Below, piece after piece: positions 23,827 to 31,916 of a DNA stretch of 32,000 nt. The translations under genes and the position numbers were made by a program. The notes under the pieces are model-generated. The model was given only the letters and a program-made list of their open reading frames with translations, did no database searches and had not been told where the DNA came from. Numbering within the stretch: the stretch's first letter is position 1; every line of letters starts with the position of its first letter. The stretch comes from an uncultured archaeon (GTDB lineage: Archaea; Micrarchaeota; Micrarchaeia; Micrarchaeales; CABMGC01). The stretch is from the NCBI GenBank assembly GCA_963704435.1, contig OY969902.1, positions 690,001 to 722,000 of the forward strand, in the 5' to 3' direction.

Positions 23827-24411
23827 GTGGTCGTTGCTTTACAGCCGGTGCAAACTGAAGGGAATAGAGGGATTGCGCCCGTGCAGATAAAAGAGGCTAC
23901 CGCCACTCAGGCCCTTTCCAAAATACTGACAGGCGTAAGCCTTGACGCAAAGAAAGGACTCCGGAGCTATTATGAAAGGAAGTCCGGCGAGCTCTCTCGC
24001 GAAGCGGAAGGCAGGAAAAGGGAAAGGAAGGGACGCCCCACTGGAAACAAATACAGAGTAATAATGACCGGCCGTGCTATGGGTTACAGGAACATGGCCG
24101 CCGAGACGGACGAGCCTAAAGAGCGGGCCGTGCAGGTATTGGATTCCGAAGTGAGAACGGCGCTATACCTGTATTTCATGGGAATGGCGCACCGGGCGGA
24201 GATGGCAGTCCCTCTGCGTAGCAGGATGGACTTGTTCGTGTCTTTGGCTGCGCCACGAGAAGCGTACTTCGCCGCCGAAGGCAAGAAAGGAAACCTGCCG
24301 CTTGATGACTATTTCAAAAAAGTTGGAGAGGAATCGGCATTCAGGATTACTGCCAAACACCTTGGTGTGATAATCCAACTAGAGGAATCATTCAGGTCTA
24401 TTAAGAAGTGA
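23827..24411 (+). CDS. hypothetical protein (194 aa) between rpo7 and spt4; coding status uncertain
   Basis: An uninterrupted ORF fills the whole gap. GTG 23827 starts 1 nt after the rpo7 TAG with GGAGG 7 nt upstream, and the stop lies 4 nt before the spt4 ATG. The N-terminal half is rich in Lys/Arg/Glu. No family recognised. AAA and GAA codons are common, unlike neighbouring genes. An alternative reading as a structured RNA is given in findings. Confidence 0.5.
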   Translation: MVVALQPVQTEGNRGIAPVQIKEATATQALSKILTGVSLDAKKGLRSYYERKSGELSREAEGRKRERKGRPTGNKYRVIMTGRAMGYRNMAAETDEPKERAVQVLDSEVRTALYLYFMGMAHRAEMAVPLRSRMDLFVSLAAPREAYFAAEGKKGNLPLDDYFKKVGEESAFRITAKHLGVIIQLEESFRSIKK

Positions 24412-24415
24412 TCAC

Positions 24416-24607
24416 ATGGTAGAAAAAGCATGCAAGAACTGCAAACTCATCATCTCGCAGGGGGACACCTGTCCGATCTGCGGGCAGAAGAACCTGACAT
24501 CTAAATGGACAGGATATGTTGTCGTGCTAAATGCGGAGAAGTCCGATGTTGCGAAGAAGCTCGGCCTGAAGGTCAACGGCTCTTACGCCATACACATGAA
24601 CGACTGA
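24416..24607 (+). CDS. spt4: transcription elongation factor Spt4 (RpoE'')
   Basis: 63 aa with the zinc ribbon CKNC...CPIC followed by WTGYVVVLNAEKSDVAKKLG, the typical archaeal Spt4 pattern. Confidence 0.85.
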   Translation: MVEKACKNCKLIISQGDTCPICGQKNLTSKWTGYVVVLNAEKSDVAKKLGLKVNGSYAIHMND

Positions 24608-24634
24608 CTCCTGTTTGTGGACTGTGCCGCAGCG

Positions 24635-25330
24635 CTATTTCCCTTTTGCCTCCTCCTTTGCGCGCGCGTAATCCTCCTCCACGACCACCTTCTCTATCTT
24701 CCCCATGTACCTGAGCGCGGAGTTGACGAAGTTGGACTTGTTGACCAGGAACTTCGAGTCCTTCTCCACCTTGTCCCCAAAAGTGACCTTCATCTGGCCT
24801 CCGGATACCGAGACTGCATCGGGCTTTAGAGAGAACGCTTCGGCCAGCGCCTTGGCCTTCCCTGCGTCGTCGTCGATCTTCTCGACCACCTTGATCTCGT
24901 ACTTCAGCTTCTCTCCAGCCAGCGGATGGTTCGCGTCCACGACGACCCTTCCCGAGTTTATGCTCTTCACGACCGCGACCATGTTGTCGAGCTCGAGCTG
25001 CATCCCCGGATACGGCTCGATATCCCTCTTCCTGAAGTCGCCCAGCGGAAGCACCCTTACGAGGTCCGGGTTCCTATCAGAGAAAGCGTCCTTGGCCTCT
25101 ATCTCAACGGTCTTGGACTCGTTGACGCCCATCGAGCGCACGGCGTCGTCCACGCCCTTTATGACGCTCCCCTTCCCGATTATCACCAGCTGAGGCGCGT
25201 AGGATGCGTCCTTGTCCAGCATGCCGTTCTCCTCCGCGACCTTCCTGATGGTGGTGTGCGCGAGCATGTTGTCCGCGACCCGCCACGCGCTGTAGTCTAT
25301 CTTTACGAAATCTCCGTCGATGAAAGGCAA
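24635..25330 (-). CDS. FKBP-type peptidyl-prolyl cis-trans isomerase (long archaeal SlyD/FKBP26-like form)
   Basis: GDFVKIDYSAW..., GKGSVIKGVDDAVRSMGVNESK, an IF-type insert, then NHPLAGEKLKYEIKVV plus a C-terminal domain. The start is TTG 25330, preceded by GGTGA at a 4-nt spacing. Confidence 0.85.
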   Translation of the reverse strand: MPFIDGDFVKIDYSAWRVADNMLAHTTIRKVAEENGMLDKDASYAPQLVIIGKGSVIKGVDDAVRSMGVNESKTVEIEAKDAFSDRNPDLVRVLPLGDFRKRDIEPYPGMQLELDNMVAVVKSINSGRVVVDANHPLAGEKLKYEIKVVEKIDDDAGKAKALAEAFSLKPDAVSVSGGQMKVTFGDKVEKDSKFLVNKSNFVNSALRYMGKIEKVVVEEDYARAKEEAKGK

Positions 25331-25394
25331 GGGCTCACCTGAATCAATAACTTATTATTATCTTGTTCACCTTAATAAATTAGAGGGTTTTGGC

Positions 25395-26006
25395 TTGGAA
25401 AAGAAGAGCGTTATCGAGATTGTCGGGGCAATATTCATAGTCCTGATATTCCTGACGTCCTATGCCGCGTTCTCGAACTCGAGCACTAACCTGGGCGGAA
25501 AGACAACGACGACCGTGCTGGTGCAGACCTACTACGCCACGGCCCAGGCCAAGGCGAACATAACCTCCTACGGCCAGGTCCTCGCGGTGAACGTCTCGTG
25601 CGCGAACGCCACCGGAGTGGAATCCTCCATAAGCAGCCTCCTCACGGTCATGGAGAGGAACGGCTCGGTCAGCAACTTCTACTCGCCCAGCCCCGGGCAG
25701 ATCCTGGTGCAACTGGGCAATTATACCGCATATGGGGCGTATGCGTACCTCGCGGGCCGCATCGGCGCAGGCGCGTCATGCGCGAGCTTCGCTTCGCAGG
25801 CGACAGTGCAGCTGCCGGCCAGCATGCCCTTCCGCATCCCGCTCGCCAAGTCAACCCTGACCGTGGAGATACCGAGCGGCCAGAGGAGTTTTGTGCTTCC
25901 GGTGGTGCTCAGTGCAGGCATGGTCCGGTCCGTGAACGTCTCCGTAGCCGCGCTCGTCACAGAGACCGGCGCAGTCTACGGCAACATGACAGTCACGAGG
26001 GCCTAA
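25395..26006 (+). CDS. membrane-anchored or pilin-like secreted protein, sequon-rich (hypothetical)
   Basis: The track's ATG at 25320 would overlap the FKBP start. I prefer the in-frame TTG at 25395, which has GAGGG 7 nt upstream. That gives MEKKSVIEIVGAIFIVLIFLTSYAAF..., a short charged N-terminus plus one hydrophobic helix, possibly a class III signal. The rest is Ser/Thr/Ala/Gly-rich with several N-x-S/T sequons. Confidence 0.6.
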   Translation: MEKKSVIEIVGAIFIVLIFLTSYAAFSNSSTNLGGKTTTTVLVQTYYATAQAKANITSYGQVLAVNVSCANATGVESSISSLLTVMERNGSVSNFYSPSPGQILVQLGNYTAYGAYAYLAGRIGAGASCASFASQATVQLPASMPFRIPLAKSTLTVEIPSGQRSFVLPVVLSAGMVRSVNVSVAALVTETGAVYGNMTVTRA

Positions 26007-26016
26007 TGGTGGTGGA

Positions 26017-27741
26017 ATGGCTGCGGCGGACAAGACAAGGGAGGAGATAAGGAAATTCGCGCTGAAGAACGCCACCGACTTCGGCAAGGCCAGCGCCGCC
26101 GCGGTGCTCGGCAAGATCCTCGCAGAGAACCCGTCGCTCAGGTCGGACATCGGCGCCGCAAGGTCCATGGCGGAAGAGATAGTGGGCGAGGTCAATGGCA
26201 TGACCCATACGGGCATCGAGCGCGCTTTCAAGGCGTACGCGAAGGAGTTCGAGAGGAAGGCGGAGGAGACCGCCGAGAAGGCGTCGAAGCACAACCTTGC
26301 CATCGAAGGCGCGGTGGAGGGCAAGGTCGTGACCAGGTTTCCTCCAGAGCCTGGCGGCTACATCCATATAGGGAACCTTAAGCAGTGCATGCTCAGCGAA
26401 GAGATAGCGAGGATGTACAAGGGCGCCATATACTTATACTTCGACGATACGAATCCCGAGAAGTGCAGGCAGGAGTACGTCGACGCGATAAAGGAAGACC
26501 TGAAGTGGATGGGCGTGAACTTCGGCAGGGAGTATTACGCCAGCGATTACATCGAAGCGGTTTACGAGAGCGGAAGGAGGCTGCTGCGGCAGGGCGACGC
26601 ATATGTCTGCGCATGCAGCGGAGACGCGGTCGAGAAGAATCGGGAGGCCAAGAAGGCGTGCAAGCACAGGAAGCAGACGCCAGACCAGAATCTCGCGCTC
26701 TTCGAGGACATGATAAAAGGGAAGTACGAGGAGGGCCAGGCCATAGTCAGGCTCGCTGGCGACATGAAGGCGGACAACGCGACGTTCAGGGACCCCACGC
26801 TGTTCAGGATAAAGAAGGCTGCGCACTACAGGCAGGGTAACAAGTACGTAATGTGGCCGACGTACCACATCAACACCCTGGTGATCGACAACCTGAATGG
26901 AGTGACCGACGTCATAAGGGGCAAGGAATACGAGATTTGGGACGAGGTGCACAGGAAGATAATCTCGGAGCTCGGGCTCTCCGCCCCGAGGATGCACTAC
27001 GAGGCCAGGCTCAGGATAGAGGGAGAGAGCACATCCAAGAGGTTCCTCCGCGATCAGATAGCGAAGGGCGTGCTCTCGGGATGGGACGATCCGAGGCTGG
27101 TCACGGTCGCAGCGCTGAGGAGGCGGGGCGTACTGCCCGCGGCGATAAGGAACTTCGCGCTCAGGTTCGGCCTCAGCAAGACCGACGGGACCGTTAAGAT
27201 GGAGATGTTGCTGGCCGAGAACAAGAAGCTGATCGACCCGGTCGCGAAACACCTGTTCTTCGTGAAGGACCCTTTCCGCATCGTGGTGAAGGGTGAGAAG
27301 CCGCTCGGCGCGAAGCTGCGCCTGCACCCCGCGAGCGACATGGGGTTCAGGCAGTATAAGACCTGGGACGAGTTCTACGTCCCGGGCGAGGACGCCGCGG
27401 CGATGGGCGTCGGAGACAAGGTGAGGCTCAAGGACCTGATGTGCATCAGGATAATTTCGAAGGGCGCGAAGGAGATCGAAGCCGAGGCCGTAAAGGGGCA
27501 GGAGGGCAAGGTGATACAGTGGGTGTCCGGGAGGGACTACCTGGAATGCTCTGTGCTCGTGCCCGAGACGCCGATGGATGCGGAAGGCAAATTCAGGGAC
27601 GACAGCCTCAAGACGGCAAAAGGCTACGTGGAGGCGTATGCGGAGAAGCTCAGGGAGCACGAGGCGGTGCAGTTCGAGAGGTTCGGCTACTGCATACTCG
27701 ACGACAAGAAGGAGCAGAGGTTTATACTAACGTCGAAATGA
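26017..27741 (+). CDS. gltX: glutamyl-tRNA synthetase, archaeal type
   Basis: RFPPEPGGYIHIGN (HIGH region), YLYFDDTNPEK, and WPTYHINTLVID. The ~100-aa N-terminal helical domain is typical of archaeal GluRS. 574 aa. Confidence 0.93.
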   Translation: MAAADKTREEIRKFALKNATDFGKASAAAVLGKILAENPSLRSDIGAARSMAEEIVGEVNGMTHTGIERAFKAYAKEFERKAEETAEKASKHNLAIEGAVEGKVVTRFPPEPGGYIHIGNLKQCMLSEEIARMYKGAIYLYFDDTNPEKCRQEYVDAIKEDLKWMGVNFGREYYASDYIEAVYESGRRLLRQGDAYVCACSGDAVEKNREAKKACKHRKQTPDQNLALFEDMIKGKYEEGQAIVRLAGDMKADNATFRDPTLFRIKKAAHYRQGNKYVMWPTYHINTLVIDNLNGVTDVIRGKEYEIWDEVHRKIISELGLSAPRMHYEARLRIEGESTSKRFLRDQIAKGVLSGWDDPRLVTVAALRRRGVLPAAIRNFALRFGLSKTDGTVKMEMLLAENKKLIDPVAKHLFFVKDPFRIVVKGEKPLGAKLRLHPASDMGFRQYKTWDEFYVPGEDAAAMGVGDKVRLKDLMCIRIISKGAKEIEAEAVKGQEGKVIQWVSGRDYLECSVLVPETPMDAEGKFRDDSLKTAKGYVEAYAEKLREHEAVQFERFGYCILDDKKEQRFILTSK

Positions 27742-27774
27742 CCTCCGCCCTCCCGTATCCGCGCGATGTGCAGG

Positions 27775-27780
27775 TTTTTT
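27775..27780 (+). terminator. T6 tract after gltX
   Basis: TTTTTT lies 34 nt after the gltX stop. The signal is weak on its own. Confidence 0.3.
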
Positions 27781-27826
27781 AAACTTGATACTCTCAAAGA
27801 GACACTATCTTCTTTAAGGTGACCTG

Positions 27827-28516
27827 TTGAATACGAAACCCGCAGAAGCCGGGCGCGATTTCAGGAAGGATTCCCCTGCCCTGAAGACTGCGCCCTATCT
27901 CGGCGTGTCAACGCTGGTCTCGAACGCCATAAAGAACGTGATGAGGGCGGACCTGGAGACGAGGGCCGGAGTGGAGGGCGGCGCCAGCATAGTGATGCTG
28001 AACAGCCTAAAGGACTTCCTCCAGAAGGAGCTCACGATGGGCATAGCCGCCATCTGCATGCAGAGCGTTGCCGTGAACGCCAAGCACATGTCGAGGGAGG
28101 AGTTCCTCGCGTATGCGCGCACGCTGCAGGCCCTTACCTTGGGCTACAAATCCAGGTACGGCAAGAACCTGGCCACCGTCATAATGATCGGAATCACCAC
28201 GAAGGCGAGGGACTCCCGCTCAGCGAGGGAGTATCTCAACGCCATGCTCTCAGGCCTATCCCTTAAGGCGGCATCCTACGGCACGCGGATAGAGGAGAGG
28301 AGCAGGAAGTCCAGCGACCTATCCTACGCACTGAAGAGGAAACAGTCTAGCATAATCGGGCGCATATTCGGCAAGGGCGAGATCGTGCTCCTGACACAGG
28401 GCGTAAGCAACCACCAGGAAAAGCTGGCCGCGCTGCAGGGCAGGAAGGTAAAATATGAGGCGCTCGCTACAAGGATAAAAGGAATCGCGGACCCTCAGTC
28501 TACGAAGTCGCGGTAG
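27827..28516 (+). CDS. hypothetical protein (229 aa), predicted all-helical, family not recognised
   Basis: Codon usage matches the housekeeping genes (AAG/GAG/AGG/ATA). TTG 27827 is preceded by AAGGTGA at a 4-nt spacing. The 3' end overlaps the convergent Nudix gene by 22 nt. Confidence 0.6.
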   Translation: MNTKPAEAGRDFRKDSPALKTAPYLGVSTLVSNAIKNVMRADLETRAGVEGGASIVMLNSLKDFLQKELTMGIAAICMQSVAVNAKHMSREEFLAYARTLQALTLGYKSRYGKNLATVIMIGITTKARDSRSAREYLNAMLSGLSLKAASYGTRIEERSRKSSDLSYALKRKQSSIIGRIFGKGEIVLLTQGVSNHQEKLAALQGRKVKYEALATRIKGIADPQSTKSR

Positions 28517-28956
28517 TACAGTATTCCCTGTATCGCGTCCCCGTTCACTATGTCCCCTTTTTCTATCATCCGGGTGAGCTGCCCCAAAGTGAACTCCCTC
28601 GTCTCGATGATCTCGTGCTTCTCCAGGTGACGCTTGCCCTTCCTGAGCCCGCGCGCTATGAAGAAGTGGACGATCTCATCGGAAAGCCCCGGGGAGGAGT
28701 ACGACGAGAACGCGTGCTCGATGCTCGCGGCCGTAAATCCGGTCTCCTCTTTCAGTTCCCTCCTCGCAGCTTCAATCGGCTCCTCTCCCTTTTCAATCAG
28801 TCCTGCCGGCAGTTCGTAGAGCCACCTACCTATCGCAGGCCGGTACTGCCTCTCAAGGACCAGCTTGCTGCCGTGGACAGGGATTATCACGGCGCCGCCA
28901 TTTAGCCTAACGACATGCATGTTCATTGCAGCGCCGTTGGGGAGCCTCTCCCTCAC
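28495..28956 (-). CDS. NUDIX hydrolase (ADP-ribose pyrophosphatase-like)
   Basis: The Nudix box is GLIEKGEEPIEAARRELKEETGF. The track start is GTG 28956. The upstream in-frame codons still read like the family N-terminus (see findings), so the true start is uncertain. Confidence 0.85.
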   Translation of the reverse strand: MRERLPNGAAMNMHVVRLNGGAVIIPVHGSKLVLERQYRPAIGRWLYELPAGLIEKGEEPIEAARRELKEETGFTAASIEHAFSSYSSPGLSDEIVHFFIARGLRKGKRHLEKHEIIETREFTLGQLTRMIEKGDIVNGDAIQGILYYRDFVD

Positions 28957-29002
28957 GCTCTCAACGCTGAACCGCGAGTTCTTGTACTTGGTTGCGATGC
29001 AA

Positions 29003-29758
29003 TCACAGCTTCATTTTTCTGAATGCATATGCGCCCAAGCCTATCAGCACGACCGCGAAACCGACGATGACCGAGATGTCAAGAATCGGGCTGAACGTCA
29101 TTGGCACGCCTAGTATGATCCCCCTCAACAGGTCGACGCCGTACGAGACGGGGTTGAGTCTTACGAAGAAATACAGCCACGAGGGCAGGGTATCCACCGG
29201 GAACAGCGCGCCGCTAAGGAAGAATATCGGGAATATGACGAAGCTCGATATCAGTCCGAAGCCCTCCGGGCTGCTGAGGAACGAGCCTATTATCAGGCCT
29301 ATGCTCACGATGCCCGCGGTCAGTATGAAGATCACGATGATGGAATATATGAACATCATCAGAGTGAAGTGTATGTTGAAGAACGCCCCAAGTGCGATGA
29401 GGATCAGCGACTCTATCATCGCGTCGGTGGCGCCTCCAAGCACCTTTCCGAAGAATATCGTGGTCCTGCTGAGCGGCGCGACCAACACTTCCTTGAGGAA
29501 GTCGACCTTCCTGTCCCATACTATGTACAGGCCGTAGAATATCGAGCCAAACAAGATGGACATCACGATGATTCCCGGGTATATGAACGTTTGGTAGCTC
29601 ACGTTCTGCACGCTGGTTATGCTGGCGCCCAGCCCCGTGCCGAAGACGACGAGCCACATCAGCGGGCTTATTATCGAAGCGACTATCCTCGACCGCTCCC
29701 TGATGTACACCTTCAGTTCCCTGTACCAGATCGCGTACAGTCCCGATAGTTCGCTCAT
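29003..29758 (-). CDS. ABC-2 type transporter permease
   Basis: 251 aa with six hydrophobic segments. It lies immediately downstream of the ABC ATPase (6-nt gap). ABC-2 membrane-domain pattern. Confidence 0.85.
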   Translation of the reverse strand: MSELSGLYAIWYRELKVYIRERSRIVASIISPLMWLVVFGTGLGASITSVQNVSYQTFIYPGIIVMSILFGSIFYGLYIVWDRKVDFLKEVLVAPLSRTTIFFGKVLGGATDAMIESLILIALGAFFNIHFTLMMFIYSIIVIFILTAGIVSIGLIIGSFLSSPEGFGLISSFVIFPIFFLSGALFPVDTLPSWLYFFVRLNPVSYGVDLLRGIILGVPMTFSPILDISVIVGFAVVLIGLGAYAFRKMKL

Positions 29759-29764
29759 CGCAAT

Positions 29765-30739
29765 CTAACCTTTTTTCGAATCGTAGTGCATGCTGCGCTC
29801 GGCCCAGCCGCCCTCCGCCTCTCCCCCTTCCCTCATGCGCCTGCCAGTGTAGCGAAGGAATACGTCGTTCAGGGTAGGCGACCTCAATTCGACCGAATCA
29901 ATTTTTCCGATCTTGCTCAGAATCTCCTGGAGGTGCGCGCTAGCGCTGTTGACCGTAAGCACGAGCTCGCCGTTTCCCTCAACGGCCTTGCGCACGTACC
30001 TGAGCTTTTTCACTGCCGCGATGTCAGGAGCGTTTGCCTTTAGAGTTATTATGTCACCGCCGACCTTCTTCTTCAGCGCGTCCGGGGTTCCCATGACTAC
30101 GACTCTCCCTCGGTCTATTATCGCGACCCTGTCGCACAGGGTCTCCGCCTCCTCCATGTAGTGCGTCGTTATTATTATCGTGACCTTCTTCTCCGTGGAG
30201 AGCTTCTTTATGTAGGTCCACAGGTGGATTCTGGTCTGCGGGTCGAGGCCCAGGGTCGGCTCGTCGAGGAACAGGACTTTCGGTTCATGCAGCAGGCCCC
30301 TCGCCAGCTCCAGCCGGCGCCGCATCCCACCCGAATAGTTCTTCACGAACTCGCGCTGCCTGTCGCGCAGGTTCACAAGGCCGAGCACGTAGTCCATCCT
30401 CTTGTTTATCTCCTTGGAAGGCACCCCGTACATGAGCCCGTGCAGGTACAGGTTCTCCCTGCCGGTCAGGGTGTCGTCCGAGCTCGGGTCCTGGAACACG
30501 AAGCCTATTGACTTCCTCACTCTGCTAGGCTCGCGCCTTACGTCGTAGCCGTTGACTACGGCAGAGCCGCTCGTTGGCTGCACCAGCGTGGACAGCATTG
30601 ATAGGGTCGTGGTCTTCCCCGCGCCGTTCGGGCCAAGGAGCCCGAATATCTCCCCATCGTTTATCTGGAGGTTTAGCCTGTCGACTGCCGTGAGGCGCCC
30701 GAACTTCTTCGTGAGTTTCTTCGTCTCGATGATGTGCAC
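29765..30739 (-). CDS. ABC transporter ATP-binding protein (DrrA/CcmA-like exporter ATPase)
   Basis: Walker A GPNGAGKTT, Q-loop, signature YSGGMRRRLELA, Walker B LFLDEPTLGLD and an H-loop TTHYMEEA, plus a C-terminal domain. Confidence 0.93.
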   Translation of the reverse strand: MHIIETKKLTKKFGRLTAVDRLNLQINDGEIFGLLGPNGAGKTTTLSMLSTLVQPTSGSAVVNGYDVRREPSRVRKSIGFVFQDPSSDDTLTGRENLYLHGLMYGVPSKEINKRMDYVLGLVNLRDRQREFVKNYSGGMRRRLELARGLLHEPKVLFLDEPTLGLDPQTRIHLWTYIKKLSTEKKVTIIITTHYMEEAETLCDRVAIIDRGRVVVMGTPDALKKKVGGDIITLKANAPDIAAVKKLRYVRKAVEGNGELVLTVNSASAHLQEILSKIGKIDSVELRSPTLNDVFLRYTGRRMREGGEAEGGWAERSMHYDSKKG

Positions 30740-30760
30740 GGCAACGCCCCTGAAGCAGGT

Positions 30761-31237
30761 TCAGTTTAGCTTAAACACATAAAAATTAAGAACCATTGCA
30801 ATCGTGACCCAGGCGAGATACGGGAGCATGGCGTACGCGGCGGACTTGGAGACCCTGTATGATTTGAAGATCGTAACTGCGATTGCGATCCACAGCGCGA
30901 GAATGCAAATCAGGCCGTACAGCGGCTTGCGGAGTCCGAAGAAGAGAACGGACCAGAGCACGTTGAGGGCGAGTTGGGTTCCGAAGGCAGTGATTGCGGA
31001 GTTAACTCCTCTCTTCCCGATGCCTCTCTTCCATACGAGGTAGAGCGACACGCCCATGAGCAGGTACAGCGCAGTCCAGACCGGTCCGAATAGCCAGCTC
31101 GGCGGAGTGAAGGAAGGCTTTGCAAGCCCCGCATACCATGTGGCGATAGACGGGATGGTGAATACAGACCCTATTACACCCGCTAACTCGCACAAAAGGA
31201 TAGCCGCCACGAGCTTTGCAAGGTCTTTTCGATTCAT
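30761..31237 (-). CDS. tspO: TspO/MBR family tryptophan-rich sensory protein
   Basis: WYAGLAKPSFTPPSWLFGPVWTALYLLMG, LALNVLWSVLFFG and five TM helices in 158 aa. Confidence 0.85.
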   Translation of the reverse strand: MNRKDLAKLVAAILLCELAGVIGSVFTIPSIATWYAGLAKPSFTPPSWLFGPVWTALYLLMGVSLYLVWKRGIGKRGVNSAITAFGTQLALNVLWSVLFFGLRKPLYGLICILALWIAIAVTIFKSYRVSKSAAYAMLPYLAWVTIAMVLNFYVFKLN

Positions 31238-31250
31238 ACAATCCCTCGCA

Positions 31251-31796
31251 TTAAACTATGAGCCGGACTTGTTTTATGCTGTTTTTTGTGACCAAATAAT
31301 AGCAGATATTACCCGCGCCGATCCTGCTCCTTATGTAATCTATGTTGTCCTTTTTGTCTTCATAAAACTCCAGTGCGCGATATTTCTTCAAGTAGTGCTT
31401 GATCTTTCGCAGCTTCCATTCTTCATCTGGAAGGGCAAGGTCACGCCTTGCATCGATTCCCCGGATTCTTACACCGTGCTTCTTTATGAGATCCAGAGTG
31501 TCGCCGTGTCGGTTTTTCAAGCGGGCGGTAAGCACAATCACATCGTAGCCCTTCCTTGACCTTCGTAAGCGATTCAGCAGCAGGCCATTCGGCTTGCTTT
31601 CATGCTTGTATTTAGAGAATGCCAGGGCGTATACTTTGGACTTCACGGGCCGGGGCAGCTTCCTTATCTGCCTCTTGCTCAGGTTCCTTCTGCCAAGAAG
31701 TTCTTCCGCAGCCTTCCTTACGGCTCCATGGGTGAAAAACAGTGTGTCGTCGAAATCAAGGAGTATGAGCTTCCCTCTTTTATTCATGACCATCAA
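31251..31796 (-). CDS. HAD-like hydrolase (DxDxT motif), basic, subfamily unclear
   Basis: LILLDFDDTLFF is motif I, VIVLTAR is motif II-like, and FYEDKKDNI is motif IV-like. The gene is lower in GC than its neighbours. Confidence 0.6.
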   Translation of the reverse strand: MMVMNKRGKLILLDFDDTLFFTHGAVRKAAEELLGRRNLSKRQIRKLPRPVKSKVYALAFSKYKHESKPNGLLLNRLRRSRKGYDVIVLTARLKNRHGDTLDLIKKHGVRIRGIDARRDLALPDEEWKLRKIKHYLKKYRALEFYEDKKDNIDYIRSRIGAGNICYYLVTKNSIKQVRLIV

Positions 31797-31916
31797 CTTA
31801 TCTATGCGCGAATCTAGCCTGTATGATTGATACCTAAATTAGTTTTATATGGGTGCCTGCGACCCTGTGCTAAAACAACGATAATACTTATTAAAGGGAA
31901 AAAAACAAGGTAATTG

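Noticed and set aside
23827-24411. SRP (7S) RNA in the rpo7-spt4 gap
   Set aside because: I looked for the helix-8 signature (GGUCCGGAAGGAAGCAGCC-like, GNAR loop with flanking AGCA) and found only the unrelated order GAAAGGAAGUCCGG. There is no matching 5'/3' Alu-domain pairing. The RNase P-like resemblance is kept as an unverified alternative in findings.
25320-25394. ATG at 25320 as the start of the secreted-protein ORF
   Set aside because: It would overlap the FKBP gene start on the other strand and add a non-signal-like 25-aa extension. The in-frame TTG at 25395 follows GAGGG and places the hydrophobic helix right at the N-terminus.
26434-27660. 408-aa ORF antisense to gltX
   Set aside because: This is a shadow ORF of a confidently identified GluRS gene. 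It has an Arg/Leu/Pro/His-rich composition and no independent start context.
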